Positions 13,425 to 25,999 of a stretch of DNA of 64,000 nucleotides are shown in pieces. Source of the DNA: Octopus sinensis (taxonomy: Eukaryota). Location: contig NC_043000.1 in assembly GCF_006345805.1 (NCBI RefSeq), positions 61,690,001 through 61,754,000 on the forward strand, in the 5' to 3' direction. The notes under the pieces are model-generated. The model was not told the DNA's origin and did no database searches. It was given only the letters and a program-made list of their open reading frames with translations. The position numbers and the translations under genes are program-made. Position 1 is the stretch's first letter; every line of letters begins with the position of its first letter.

Positions 13425-14666
13425 CAGGGTGTCCCAAAAAAATGTATACACACTTTAGCAGCTGATAACTCAATTGATATTTTTTCTTTCCAGATGAAAC
13501 CTATAGAATTTAATGATGGCAGTCAGATTAAGCTTTGAACAAAGAAAATTCATTCTAAAATGATACTGGAAGTGTGAAAATGCAGTTGAAGTGCAAAAAC
13601 AGTTGGGGAGGGAGTTTCAAACAGATCCACCAATGCAACTCCCTATCACTTGAATTAGAGATAAGCTGATGGAACTGTTCAGAATGTCCACGATAAGCAT
13701 TCCAGAAGACCCCGAACATCAACAACCCCAACAAAGCAAGGAGTACTGGAAATGAATCACCAAAGTCCAAGAAAATCTGTGCGGCAAAGCGAGTCATGAG
13801 GTAAGTATTCCAAAATCATCTGTCCAATGCATTTTGAAGCATTGTCAAAGGAAAAGTTACATTCCAAGATTAGTCCATGCTATTAATGATGATGATCCAG
13901 ACGAAAGAGTGCAGCATTGCGAGTGGTACTTGGAACGATGTGTAGAAGCTGCACATTTTCCAACAAAGATTGTGTGGAGTGATGAAGCCACATTCAAATT
14001 AAATGGTTCAGTTAACTGCCACAATTGCACCTACTGGGGTCCTGAGAATCTGCATGTTATGGTGAAACACCATGTTAATTTGATATTTGTGTGGTGTGGT
14101 TTATCATCAAAAGGATTAATTGGACCATTCTTTTGTTATGCTACTGTGACTGGTCCCGTTTACTTGAACTTATTGCAACAGTCTGTTATGCCAAGCATTA
14201 GAGAAGACTTTGAAGATGAGGAGTTTTATTTTCAGCAAGACGGGCCCCCCCCCCACACTACCATTGCTATGTTAGATCCTTCCTTGATGTGATCTTGCTA
14301 AACAGGTGGATTGGATGAAGAGGTATGGTTGAATTCACCAGACCTCACACCACTAGACTTTTTTTATGGGGATACCTTAAAGACAAATTCTACGCTATGA
14401 AACCTACAAGTCGCTGATTTGAGAGCAGCCATTGGACGAGAGTGCACACAAATACCAAACAAATTCTTTTGTGATATTTGTGATTCCATTCCTTTGCGTT
14501 GTCAGCAGTGCCTGGACCAGACCGGACATCAGTTTGAAAACAGGCATTGACAAAACAATAAAATAATGTCTGTAGATTCTATTAAATTTTGAAAATGAAG
14601 TGTCTTTTAATAAACAACTACTTTACAATTGTTTAAAGTCTGCATACATTTTTTTTGGACACCCTG
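13425..14666 (+). mobile_element. Tc1/mariner superfamily DNA transposon, rosa (DD41D)-like, full length and decayed
   Basis: TIRs CAGGGTGTCCCAAAAAAATGTATACACACTTTA and TAAAGTCTGCATACATTTTTTTTGGACACCCTG, flanked by TA on both sides; 1242 bp. Confidence 0.93.
13513..14550 (+). pseudogene. rosa-like transposase pseudogene
   Basis: Motifs [64 protein letters not shown]. Multiple stops and frameshifts; WPPR is deleted, so DD41D spacing is inferred from family motifs. Confidence 0.9.
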
Positions 14667-14673
14667 TATATAA

Positions 14674-14705
<32 letters not shown>

Positions 14706-14828
14706 TGCTTTTTTTGTAATCACCCCACTTGTCGTATGGTTAACACCATATAGATTTCCAGTGCATCCTAGTTAAGGACCATATTCATGTGGATTCATTA
14801 AAATTCACTTGAATCTCAATTACTTAAA

Positions 14829-14867
<39 letters not shown>

Positions 14868-14873
<6 letters not shown>

Positions 14874-15415
14874 AATATAAGAGAGTGGTCACTATATGGC
14901 TCACTCTAGCACCAGTTAATCCAATAGGTTTCAACCACAAAAATACATGTTTCCCATGAAAGTCAGTACGATTGTTAGCTCACACGGACAGGGCAAATAA
15001 AAAATAACAAAAATACAGATTATTTTGGGACAATTGTTTCGCTATTAATGAATTAAATGTAATTTTACTTACAAAAAAATCCACTTGTAGCTCCTCAGCC
15101 AAAACTATCTGGATGAAATCCACTCAATCACACGCCAGATTTTATCATAACGATAAATACGCGTGTGGTTCAATTGATTACATCCGACGTTATAATTCAA
15201 ATGCCCCAACTAACAGCGCGCCAAATTTTCACGGAAAACAAATACAGCATTTAGAAATAAATAATCTGTATTTTTGTTATTTTTTATTTGCCCTGTCCGT
15301 GTGAGCTAACAATCGTACTGACTTTCATGGGAAACATGTATTTTTGTGGTTGAAACCTATTGGATTAACTGGTGCTAGAGTGAGCCATATAGTGACCCTC
15401 TCTTATATTTATTTT
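14868..15415. repeat. Fold-back element: ~158-bp inverted arms with 233-bp spacer
   Basis: 14868-15025 is the reverse complement of 15259-15415 apart from one 1-nt indel; embedded between (TA)n tracts. Confidence 0.95.
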
Positions 15416-15536
15416 GTAAAAATATTATAATATATTATAAAATATTATAATAATCCAGGTTTCTCGGAGCACTAGGCCACTTGGTGTAGAATAGATATAC
15501 TATTAAATTAGTATCTAATTCTCTCACCCTTATTAA

Positions 15537-15596
<60 letters not shown>

Positions 15597-15597
15597 A

Positions 15598-15633
<36 letters not shown>

Positions 15634-15902
15634 TGTGTGTGTGTGTGTGTGTGTGTGACCCTTATTTTAGTGATATTCTGCGTTCCTTCATTTAGGGACC
15701 TACATATCAATTTCAGTTCCAACCAAAGCAATTCTTCCAACTGAAAGTACATTATTATTTCAGTGAAAATCTAATAGAAATTACGTAATTGCTCTGCGGT
15801 AGTTTTCCATGGTATTTCGAGTGGTGACCTAGGCATATTTAAACAAGTATATTTCTAATCTACAGTGCAAACATACTATTTTCAATATTATATTTATCTT
15901 TA

Positions 15903-16118
15903 AGGCGGCTAACTGGCAGAATCTTAAGCACGCCGAGCAAAATGCTTAGTCACATCTCATCCATTTTTAAGTTATGAGTTCAAATTCCTTCGTGATCTAC
16001 TGTGCATTTCCTCATTTCATCGTTGATGAGATAAGTACCATTTGAGCACTGGGGGTCAATGTAATCGACTTACCATCTTCCCTGAACTTGCCAGCATTGT
16101 GCCGACATTTGAAATCAA
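15903..16118 (+). mobile_element. Degenerate SINE family A
   Basis: Diverged head, GAGTTCAAATTCC and GATAAGTACCA...CTGGGGGTCAATGTAATCGACTT. Confidence 0.8.
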
Positions 16119-16199
16119 TTTGATATTTCTCTTACTCTTCGTCGTTGTCGATGTAACCCCCTCGGTTCTGAGGGACGAGCATGCATAGACACATTGAGA

Positions 16200-16520
16200 A
16201 CCCATTCTCATTACAAATGATCACACCCATGTGCAGCACAAATAAAGGTAGTTGTAATGGTTGATTGATATCGTGAGTTAGCAACGCGGCCTAATCGTCG
16301 TCTCCAGTTTTCTAGTACTTGGTATTTGTATATGGTTTATACATCATTGGCTACAGCTGATCGTTAGTCAAGCCAGTACGCTATTAGTTCTTCCCATTTC
16401 TTCTGGGTTATCATTTACCATTTTTCAACGTTACTGAGTACATTTTTGTGTCTCGTCCTTTGGTTACCTTGCCGACGGACTCATGTCCAAAACTCGGATT
16501 GCAAAATTTGCCGAATGAAT
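16200..16520 (-). mobile_element. Possible RTE LINE 3' fragment, highly decayed
   Basis: Minus strand reads GKVTKGRDTKMY...WEELI...WRRRL, resembling the RTE C-terminus GKRxRGRPRK...W. Confidence 0.35.
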
Positions 16521-17009
16521 TCAGTCGACGTATAATCCATCTAAGGTATGTTTTATTTATGTCTACTATATTGGTGCACTTTGTACGCAGCTGGAATTTT
16601 TAGTTTGCCCTCTCTGTCAAAGATCGTTTTTCAGAAAGACCATTACATTATTCACTTTTATACTCTGAATTTCGAAAGTATTTATCCCTCATATATTGCC
16701 AAACTATGATTTCCGTCGTGTGAATTTGTGAAATGGACATTTTAAAAACATTTATGAAGTAAATAGGTAAAATAGTTTGAAATGATTATAAAAAATAATT
16801 CATGTGTTTAAAACCATGTGTATGATTTAAACGTACATACATATACCTACATAAACATACATACATATATACATACATACATACACACAAAATACATACA
16901 TACATACATACATACATACATACATACATACATACATACATACATACATACATACATACATACATACGTACATACATATATACATATTATGTACAAAATT
17001 ATTATTTAT

Positions 17010-17498
17010 TGTGGCCGGGTTCCAACCCGGGCCAGAGCAAAGAATTCCACCCGCCACAGAAGAGAAATCAGAAGGAAAATATTTAAGATTATAAAACCTC
17101 GCTGGGGATACAAGAATATAAGCACATTCTTTTATAAGTTATTAATGCACCAGAGAAAGATGGAAGGAGTCTCCTGGCGGACCATTTCGTGGTTTATTGC
17201 CTACTCCTTGGAGAAGTCGTCGCTCTCTTCCTTCCTCAATCAGTAGCTTATATTCAGTTACTGTAGAAAAGAAATGTAAATGGTGCTGGGGTAACATTAA
17301 TATTTCTTTATTAAATACAAGCCGTTAAATGAACAAGTGTGGTTATTAGGTAGACGTTATGGTTTATAACGGTCTTATTCATTACGGAATGAAGTGGTGT
17401 GCATCTCTGTGGAGTGGTTAATAAAATATTAAACGCTTCGTTAGAAAAATCCTTTCTTTATTCCCGCAGGTCTGTAGCGAAGATAAAATATGGTTACA
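17010..17498 (+). mobile_element. Possible solo LTR
   Basis: Begins TGTGGCC, ends GGTTACA (imperfect TG...CA inverted ends), internal AATAAA near 17420, GC-richer than flanks. No clean TSD (TTAT vs TACT). Confidence 0.3.
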
Positions 17499-18774
17499 TA
17501 CTTATTTCGCCCACAGTAAGCCTTTATAATATTAAAGATATTTAATTTCCTTTGATTTATGCAGTTTCGCATTACACGCATACACACACACATGCACAAC
17601 TTTACACGCGCGTGCCTTCACACACACACACACACACACACACATCCATGTATACATATATATAACCACACAAGTACATGTATGTATGTGTATTTGTATT
17701 ATCTATATATTAGGCTTTCTGTTGACTTGAACTATTTTCAATATATACCACATATATTTCTAAATCCTTTCCAAGCATTATTCATAAATTCAACTGACAG
17801 TAATCATGATTTAGCAATATATTATGCTTAGCCTTACTGCATACGTACTGTCTGATCCAAATTTAGGATATAAAAAAATTGAAACGTCATAATGGTCTTT
17901 TTCATAGATATTGGGAGAAGAGCAAACTTCAGTCTTCTTTAATCTGCTTCTATTTATAAGAGGAAATGGAGTGGCTTAAAAAGTATAATTCACTTATATT
18001 CTATTTTATCGATTAAAAAAACATTACTAGTCAGATTTTTTCCAGTAGAACATGAGAAACTTTGCTTGTGAGACAAATCGAAATATATTGCTGTCATTAT
18101 TCACCGATATCATAGAAAAAATTTAAAATAATATAAGAAGTATTCTATAGCAAACCTGAAATATAAAATGCCAATTATTCTCGTTTAGCAATAGAATTGA
18201 ATATAAGAAATTTTAGGCTGAAAGGTTAAAAATTTTGTGGCTTTTTCATATATTTCAGCGTTATAATTGGAGATTTACGGCCTTTTAAGTTCTAAAAATA
18301 CTTCCTATATCTTCTCAATTCAACACAGATACGTCGCGCGCACACACACGCTCACACATGTATGTATATATATATATATATATATGTGTATACACACACA
18401 CACACACACATATATATATTCATCCATATATGTAGATGTATGTGTATGTACGCAAAAGAAGAAACGATTTTTATTTCGACGCAGGAAACAATATGAAAGA
18501 GTTAGTTTTAGGGTTGAAAGTTCACCTTAATTTAGAGCGAATTGTACTCTTAATATCTTTCGTTCTTTTTTTAGTGGGGGGGGGGAGTATTAAAAAGTAA
18601 GAAAAAAGATATCGAAGGACCTAATTTTTACGACTTCTCTCATAGAACATGAATGAGAATTCTTCTCGTTGCTTTTGTCGGTGAGTATCAGAACACTTTT
18701 AAGCCGAAATTGATTTGTATATATACGTTCGTAGGAGATAGCTACATGTCCTCATTTGTTAAAAACTCAATGAC

Positions 18775-19420
18775 GTCCTTTGTTTTCTTCTTTCTTATTT
18801 GTGTCTCTCCTTACTAACCGTCAGCCATTTTGTATTTCTATTGTATGTGTATATACGCAGCTGACCGAGACATCAGAAAAACAAGGAAATTAGCCAACCG
18901 GATTGCTGTACTTCCTATATCTGTCAGGCAAAAACAAGCGGCGAAGACTTTTAATAGACAAATTTCATATGTATAAAAACAACCTGCCAGAACAGTGGAC
19001 CATTACTGAAGACAAATAAGTGATCATAAGCGTTGCTAAACAAATGACGTCAGCAGGAATTTAAACCCGTAGAATGCTGAAATGCTGCAAAATCGAAATA
19101 TGTAATCAGAATATCCGAAAACAAACTTTGTATTCAGATAGTACGCCAGCCACACACACACACTAAATAAACATAGACGCACATAGAGATATAAGCATGC
19201 GCAAATGAAGACATACAATAGAAATACAAAATGGTTGACGGTTAGTAAGGAGAGACACAAATAAGAAAGAAGAAAACAAAGGACCACTGATGCGGTCACA
19301 GGAGTGTGACGAAAGAACTCTGGCCGAAATATGATTAAGATTAATGCAAAAAATAAATAACACTGAAGCAAAATAACACCAAATATATAGTGCGTGTATT
19401 TTTATTGGCTAAACTGGCAA
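18775..19420 (+). mobile_element. Penelope-like pseudo-LTR with inverted partial copy
   Basis: 18775-18848 is the reverse complement of 19211-19284 (74 bp, 1 mismatch); a hammerhead-like motif follows at 19284-19323. Confidence 0.6.
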
Positions 19421-19699
19421 TATGACCATTCCGAAATATAACAATATATATATATATATTTATATATATATATATATATATATTTGATTTCGGTGCGAAG
19501 AGGCTTCATCTCTCTGAAAGCAGATTTGTAGGATCATAATCTTTTTTAGCATCTTCGAAGGAATATTAATCCTTCATTTTCGCTATTTTATATTAAAACT
19601 TCGGGGGTGGTGTTACATGATTAGATCGTTCTCCTTCGACTTTGATAGGTATTTCCACCTGCATTTGTTCATCAATGAATTTGCAAATGGATTCAAAAA

Positions 19700-19797
19700 G
19701 TCAATCTCGATCGAATTTGAACTCAGAACATACAAACAGATGAAATACTGCTAAGCATTTCGTCCGGCGTGTTGATGGTCCTGCCACCTCGCCGCTG
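19700..19797 (-). mobile_element. SINE family A head fragment
   Basis: Reverse complement of GCGGCGAGGTGGCAGG...GCTTAGCAGTATTTCATCTG...TTCTGAGTTCAAATT. Confidence 0.75.
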
Positions 19798-21349
19798 GAT
19801 GCGGAACATTTCTGTTGAGATTCGACACCAGAGTTAACCGGGGACCCCTTAGGGTATAACAATATGAAGCGTATCAGGAATCCCATGTCATCGACTTCAA
19901 AGTAGGTAACAGGTAATGTTATGTTTTTGCATGAATATTATATCAAAATTTTTACTTTAATGTTATATTTTATTATTGTAAGAATTATTCTCGGTATCTA
20001 TTGAGGAAAGATCTTTATCATCATTCTGGGTTTTTTTTTCAATTATATTCTTTTAAATTACGCTTGTGTTTTACAAACGGATTTAATTTTTAGTGTAATT
20101 GTGCGTAGTTTGTCTTTGCTATTTTTTTATCAGTATAATGTTGTCTGCATCCCTACACGTTTTTCTAATAACTTTATTATTCATTTATTTTACCGAATGA
20201 ATAGAAATTGGTGAGAAATACATAAAATTTATTATCAATGATGTTGTTGTGGTTGTTATGGTTGTTGTTCCCGTTGTATGAACAGGCGTATTTTCTAACT
20301 ACTCCAGGATATTTGGATTATTACCAAGTTCACGTGATGAATTTTTTGTTACATTATTCTGAAAACGAGTTAACGCATAATTATGTAGGATAAACAAACA
20401 ACGATACTTTAAGTGATACTATGTCTTTCTCAATACGTTTTCTTAAGTTTATATTGTTTCAAAAACTTATTTTCTCCTTCTGGAGAAGTAAGAAACGATG
20501 TTCGAAACAAAGGAATAATAGATACGATACTTTTCTACAAAATCTTAAAATAATTGAATAAATAATTAAATAAATGAAAAGTAACAACAAATAAACGGAA
20601 TTTTGAAATATATAAAAAGAAAATAATAGCAATAGAACAAAGAGCTACAAACACAGACAGTTGCAATTTCACAGAAGGAAAGTAAATATACACGTTATAA
20701 AGAAAATATCCAAACAACAATAGCAACAACAACAACAGCACACATGTGTACGATTTTAACAAAGGTAGTAACAGAGACTACTTTGCAAGTATTACAAGCT
20801 AAGGAATACTAAAACACTTGTGTCGATTCTAGTCAAGCAATGATATGGTAGCGGTACATCACAGCAATGTGCGTTTTCTAGTCTTAAAAATGTAATTAGA
20901 TCAAGCAAAGAGGAAGGTAATCAACTTCTTTCTGGAAGGCTTTCTGTATCCTCTCAAATGAGTAGCTGTAAGTTGCGTCGTAAGACTTGAGAAACTGGAT
21001 TGCACAGTGTACGTTCTGCTGATACGGTTAGTGCTATGAAAGTGAGTGCTTCGTTTTCAATACCTAGGATGAGGCCAAAATAAAGCAAGTAGATACAGTG
21101 CGTTTCTAATGCGCTGTCATGCGCCAAATTGGTGTTCCAGCAAATTGAACGCTACATAAGACGATCATAGCCCCGAAAAGTTGGTTATTGGTTGGTTGAT
21201 TGTCACATCTGCGGAAAAAAAACAGGCTACCATCGAGTGTCGAGGTGACACGAAATGAAATGTGGTTGACTGAGGCCTACATAGGCAATGCAAGTTCTGT
21301 AGGGCCTCGAAGACAACACAGCAACTCCAAAGCTATATTCTGAATTCTG

Positions 21350-22350
21350 ATAGAAAAGACATCAAGGATATCAGGTGGCATTGTAGACCAGAAAGCACAC
21401 CATTTACACGTGTGGTAGAAGAGCAATTATAGGACTTCTGGAAAGATACAAGAGCAGAATATAAGTGTCTCAGAACACTATATTTTGTATATCCAAAAGA
21501 AAATGCGAAGATAATAGAAAAAAATCGCCGCGTACTCAACAGCAGGAGTCAATGAGCCGTTATCCAATCTCATCATCTCTGTAACAATCAGTAGCATTAC
21601 ACCATCATATTACTTTGTTGCAGGACAGTTGATGATGGACAATGGTGGCAAAGGAAGATAGTTAATATATAACCTCTGTATACACATATATAATCCCATG
21701 CAGAAATTAAGTATGGCAGAAAATCAAGTAGAAATGTATTTATGCTGTCAAGAATGTCACTCACATAGATTGAAATAAAAAAGGAGGAATCATTTAAGGT
21801 AACAATTTATCATAGCTATTTTTCGTTGCGTTCATCATGCGTTGAATGCCGGCTTTAAATAAACAGGTATTGGTTATGACTAAGTGTAAGAGAACGCATC
21901 AGAATCATTTATTTAGATGAGCACAACACAGGTCAAATAGGTGCATTAGCAAGCAGTGTTCATATATCCAGTAAAGATATAGGGATGGATTTCGAGATTA
22001 AGAGGTGTGGGATACTTTTATGAAGAGTAAAAGTGTCATTTCATGGGATAGTGATACTAGGAGGGCAAATGATGAAAGACATTCAAATACGTAAATAATA
22101 CAAATATTTAGTGGATACAAATACTTAGGAATATTGGAAGCAGATCGGATTAAGTAAAAATCAAAGGAAAAGGGCATTTGTTAAAGAATATCTTTAGATG
22201 CTAGAGGAAACAAGTAAGCTATGGACTCTTTGTTTGTTTAGATGATGGGATACAGCGCTATGGTTTATCGAACTGAGCAAAATATTTAGGAGTTTGAATA
22301 ATAAAACAAAACGACTATAACCGTGAATGGTGCACGGCATTAAAGAATTG
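21350..22350 (+). mobile_element. Decayed RLE-type (R4/Dong-like) LINE reverse-transcriptase region
   Basis: Fragments read SKDIGMDFEIKRCGIL, GQMMKDIQ and GYKYLGILEADRIK, typical of R4-like RT C-terminal motifs; many indels. Confidence 0.65.
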
Positions 22351-23184
22351 GAAAAAGGTTTTTGAAACATAAGGAAAGAAAAAAATATCTAAAGGACTGT
22401 TACTCATCTTGTGACTGTTCTCTTTGATAAATGATTTGCCTGTTGAAACGATGCCAACGAAAACAACAACGACAATAGTCGTTAGTTGTTCAACAAATAC
22501 TTAACATTTTCCCTTTTTAGAATAAGAATGATGTATATTTTTGAGAACATGCACAGATACGTCCAAGGTTAAATAGTTAACATCCTTGAAAGTTCAAGGT
22601 GAACATGAATGTATGAGTATAAGAAGAAATTTTTTCGAAAATTATGCCAAATATCAAGACGGATTTAATAGGTTAACAGGGATTTTCGTTTAACCAAAAT
22701 ACTCCAGGTTAAATAAATAACAAGTGAAGATAACCTAACAATATTTAGAGATGCCTGAATTGCTATTTTCTATAAAGTGCTTGATTCTGTAATTACAGGA
22801 ACAGTTTTTTTCTCACTCGAGCTATTTCAGTTACAATTGGTATTCTTTAGATACCACTTTTTGAATGTATTGCTCCAACAGCATGTTTGGTGATATTCCT
22901 CTGCTTTTTAGCTTCATTCTGCTTAATATTATTGACATTTGGTATTGTTGCATCGATAAATTATATGTGATTGTCATTTGCTAATGGGGGGTATGTTAGG
23001 TTCATTACACTGTATTATATCTGTCTGCATGCTAAACTCTCATACTATTTTTGCAATGATATTTTCTATGATAGGATTCAGAAAGATACAAGTTATATTT
23101 TGATTGCAGTAGTTTTAATTTTGGTGGATAAGCTATACAGACAGGTTTCTGTGTCCCAAAATATATTCTATCGGATTTAGTCCG

Positions 23185-23365
23185 TCACACCCTCATTTTG
23201 GCGGCATTGTCTGGACAGAATCAAAATGCATAGTGTTATTTCTTCCGATATTACATTCTGAGTTTATATGACGTTGGGGTTGACTCAGCTCTTCATCTTT
23301 TCGATGTAATCGACTTAACCCCTCCCTCGAAATTGCTGGCCTTACACCAAAATTTGAAATCATTG
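23185..23365 (+). mobile_element. Degenerate SINE family A
   Basis: TTACATTCTGAG...GTTGACTCAGCTCTTCATC...GATGTAATCGACTTAACCCCTCCC...AAATTTGAAATCAT. Confidence 0.65.
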
Positions 23366-23837
23366 TCTAAGGATAACTCTACACTTGCCATCTATATTGA
23401 AAGAGTTGTAAATATTGCTTTTATTATGTCTTATTATAATGACTGGTTTATCAATCGTAGATAGTGTAGCGTCTGCTACCCTATTCAAGCTGGAAATTTG
23501 TATCCAGTACAGACATAATATTTAATTATATATGGGGCATCCAATTTCTGGAAATGTTGGCCATTGTAGCGTCTGGTACAGTTTATACCACCTAATTCTC
23601 CTTTTAGCCCAGAATATTTGCAGCATTCTTGGCTTTTACCCTGGCTCATTCATTAACTAGAATGTGCAGGATGTTGGCAATGGACTAGATGTACTCTACA
23701 GTATTCTTCAATATAATTTTTATGTCTATTTTACTCTAATTATTAGTTGATTTGTTTTTGTTTTGGGATATTTCTCTTTTCCTCTCTTATCTAAATCTGT
23801 CAACACATTGTAGGATTCTTGTTTGTATATTAACCAC

Positions 23838-23860
23838 TACCGCCGCCACTGCTGCTGCTG

Positions 23861-23919
<59 letters not shown>

Positions 23920-23931
23920 GCTGCTGCTACT
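23838..23931. repeat. (GCT)n-(ACT)n-(GCT)n trinucleotide tract
   Basis: Directly visible. Confidence 0.97.
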
Positions 23932-24817
23932 GATTATGTATAAAAATCCTCCTATATAGTTTTTATTAACCGATCTGTTTTAAGCTTCTGTGCAGAATAG
24001 TTTTGTTAATATATATCACTAGAAAGAAATCCGATGTACATTGAAGTTTACATTCTGTAGTCTATGGAAGCATATGAATATATGAATATACATGAACAGG
24101 TCATTACAGTGACCGATAGATTATTGCTTGGGAAAAGTAAGTAGAAAAGAGAATAAAAATAAATGGACGAATATATGCTTTAAACTTTCTTCTTTTTGGA
24201 TATAGATAACCATCAGCATGTCGTAGAACTGGACAGTAAATAGCATTATTGCTATTTTCAGTTTAGGTGCATTGTAAATAAAATGCGAAGGTCAGATTAT
24301 TATGTCTGAAAACATTAACATTGGAAATAACATAGTTACTATATTCTACCTTAAAAAGCCCTGACAGATACAATTATATACCTACTTCGAAACAATGCAA
24401 ATTTTGTCTGATTTTGTGAATTTTTGTAGTTTATTCGCAAGAGTTTATGTTAATTAGTATAAAATGTATCTAAAGAAGCTTATGGTTTCATTTATATACT
24501 TCATTATCAAGACAGAAAAAGGTTATTTTGTTTACATAGATTTTAGGAAAGCAGAGTGAACTTGATCAAAGAAGATTACATATCAAATGTATTATTCGTA
24601 TGAGTATATATTAAATATTTGTACCAATATACTATGTGGTATATTATACTGAAGAATTCAAAGGGATTTTATATCTCTAAGCTGCAAATCGACCTATAAT
24701 TATCTCTTTTTTTAAAAACAATCTTTTTCATTCCTAACGGAGTGTAAGATGTAGCTTTTAGAGCTATTTGGTGTCTATCTCTAGCATGTTGGTGTTGTTT
24801 ATCAGCACCTTTTACTA

Positions 24818-24870
<53 letters not shown>

Positions 24871-24874
<4 letters not shown>

Positions 24875-25041
24875 TATTAGAAAAAAAAAAACACCTTTTA
24901 TCAATTCAAAATGAATAATTAAATTACACCATCTAGAAAATATATATATTATATTGTTTGGAATTTGATTTAATATTTCTAAATTGAATTCTTTTTCCTT
25001 GTAAATTTGGATTTTATTCACTCAAATAATAATTATATATA

Positions 25042-25073
<32 letters not shown>

Positions 25074-25228
25074 GAGATATTAGAAAAAAACACCTTTTAT
25101 CAATTCAAAATGAATAATTAAATTACACCATCTAGAAAATATATATATTATATTGTTTGGAATTTGATTTAATATTTCTAAATTGAATTCTTTTTCCTTG
25201 TAAATTTGGATTTTATTCACTCAAATAA

Positions 25229-25233
<5 letters not shown>
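24871..25233. repeat. Direct duplication of a ~160-bp AT-rich unit, each copy bounded by (TA)n
   Basis: 24871-25034 and 25074-25233 are identical except for an A-run (11 vs 7). Confidence 0.95.
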
Positions 25234-25269
<36 letters not shown>

Positions 25270-25919
25270 AATCAAAATAAGCAACAAGTATATCCGAGGT
25301 AATGTGGTACGATCGTTTCATGCTACTTCGTTTTATTAAACACTGTAAGCATTACATCAGTTTTAAAATGTCGAGCAATCTTCAGCCGCCTTTAGAAATT
25401 TTCCAATCAAACGGACAATGCACATTCTTATCCCTATTTCGTTTGCCAACATTATAAAGAGGGTAGATACACAGACAGAGAAGTTGATTTCATTCTTAAG
25501 AACATGATAGTATTAAATCTACTCTCTGACTGTAGATTTTAACTTTGGTATTTAGATCTATCAGTAGGGAGGAGGATTTTTGATTGGATGGAGACAAAGA
25601 ATTTTACTATTTATAGATATAGGAAGGGGTAGAACAAATGTCAAATCCAATAAATCTATTCCTATTCAGAGGAACCCAGCCCATATATATTTGAATGCAC
25701 CACGCAAAAAACTAGTATGTTGAAGTTAGAGGGGTATGGGAAGATAGATTATTAATGCACTAGAGGTTTTAATGTCTACTACCAATTTGACATCCAGATT
25801 CTATATTAAGAAATTTAAGTAAATATACTTTAGACAATTTTCAAAATGATTTCAGTAAACATTATTATCTTATATAGGGAATCTAATATAGGGATAAAAA
25901 ATATAGAAATCATTTCATA

Positions 25920-25999
<80 letters not shown>

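Noticed and set aside
18861-18976. Apparent exon DRDIRKTRKLANRIAVLPISVRQKQAAK with a strong acceptor
   Set aside because: The polypyrimidine tract is simply the inverted copy of a purine-rich pseudo-LTR segment.
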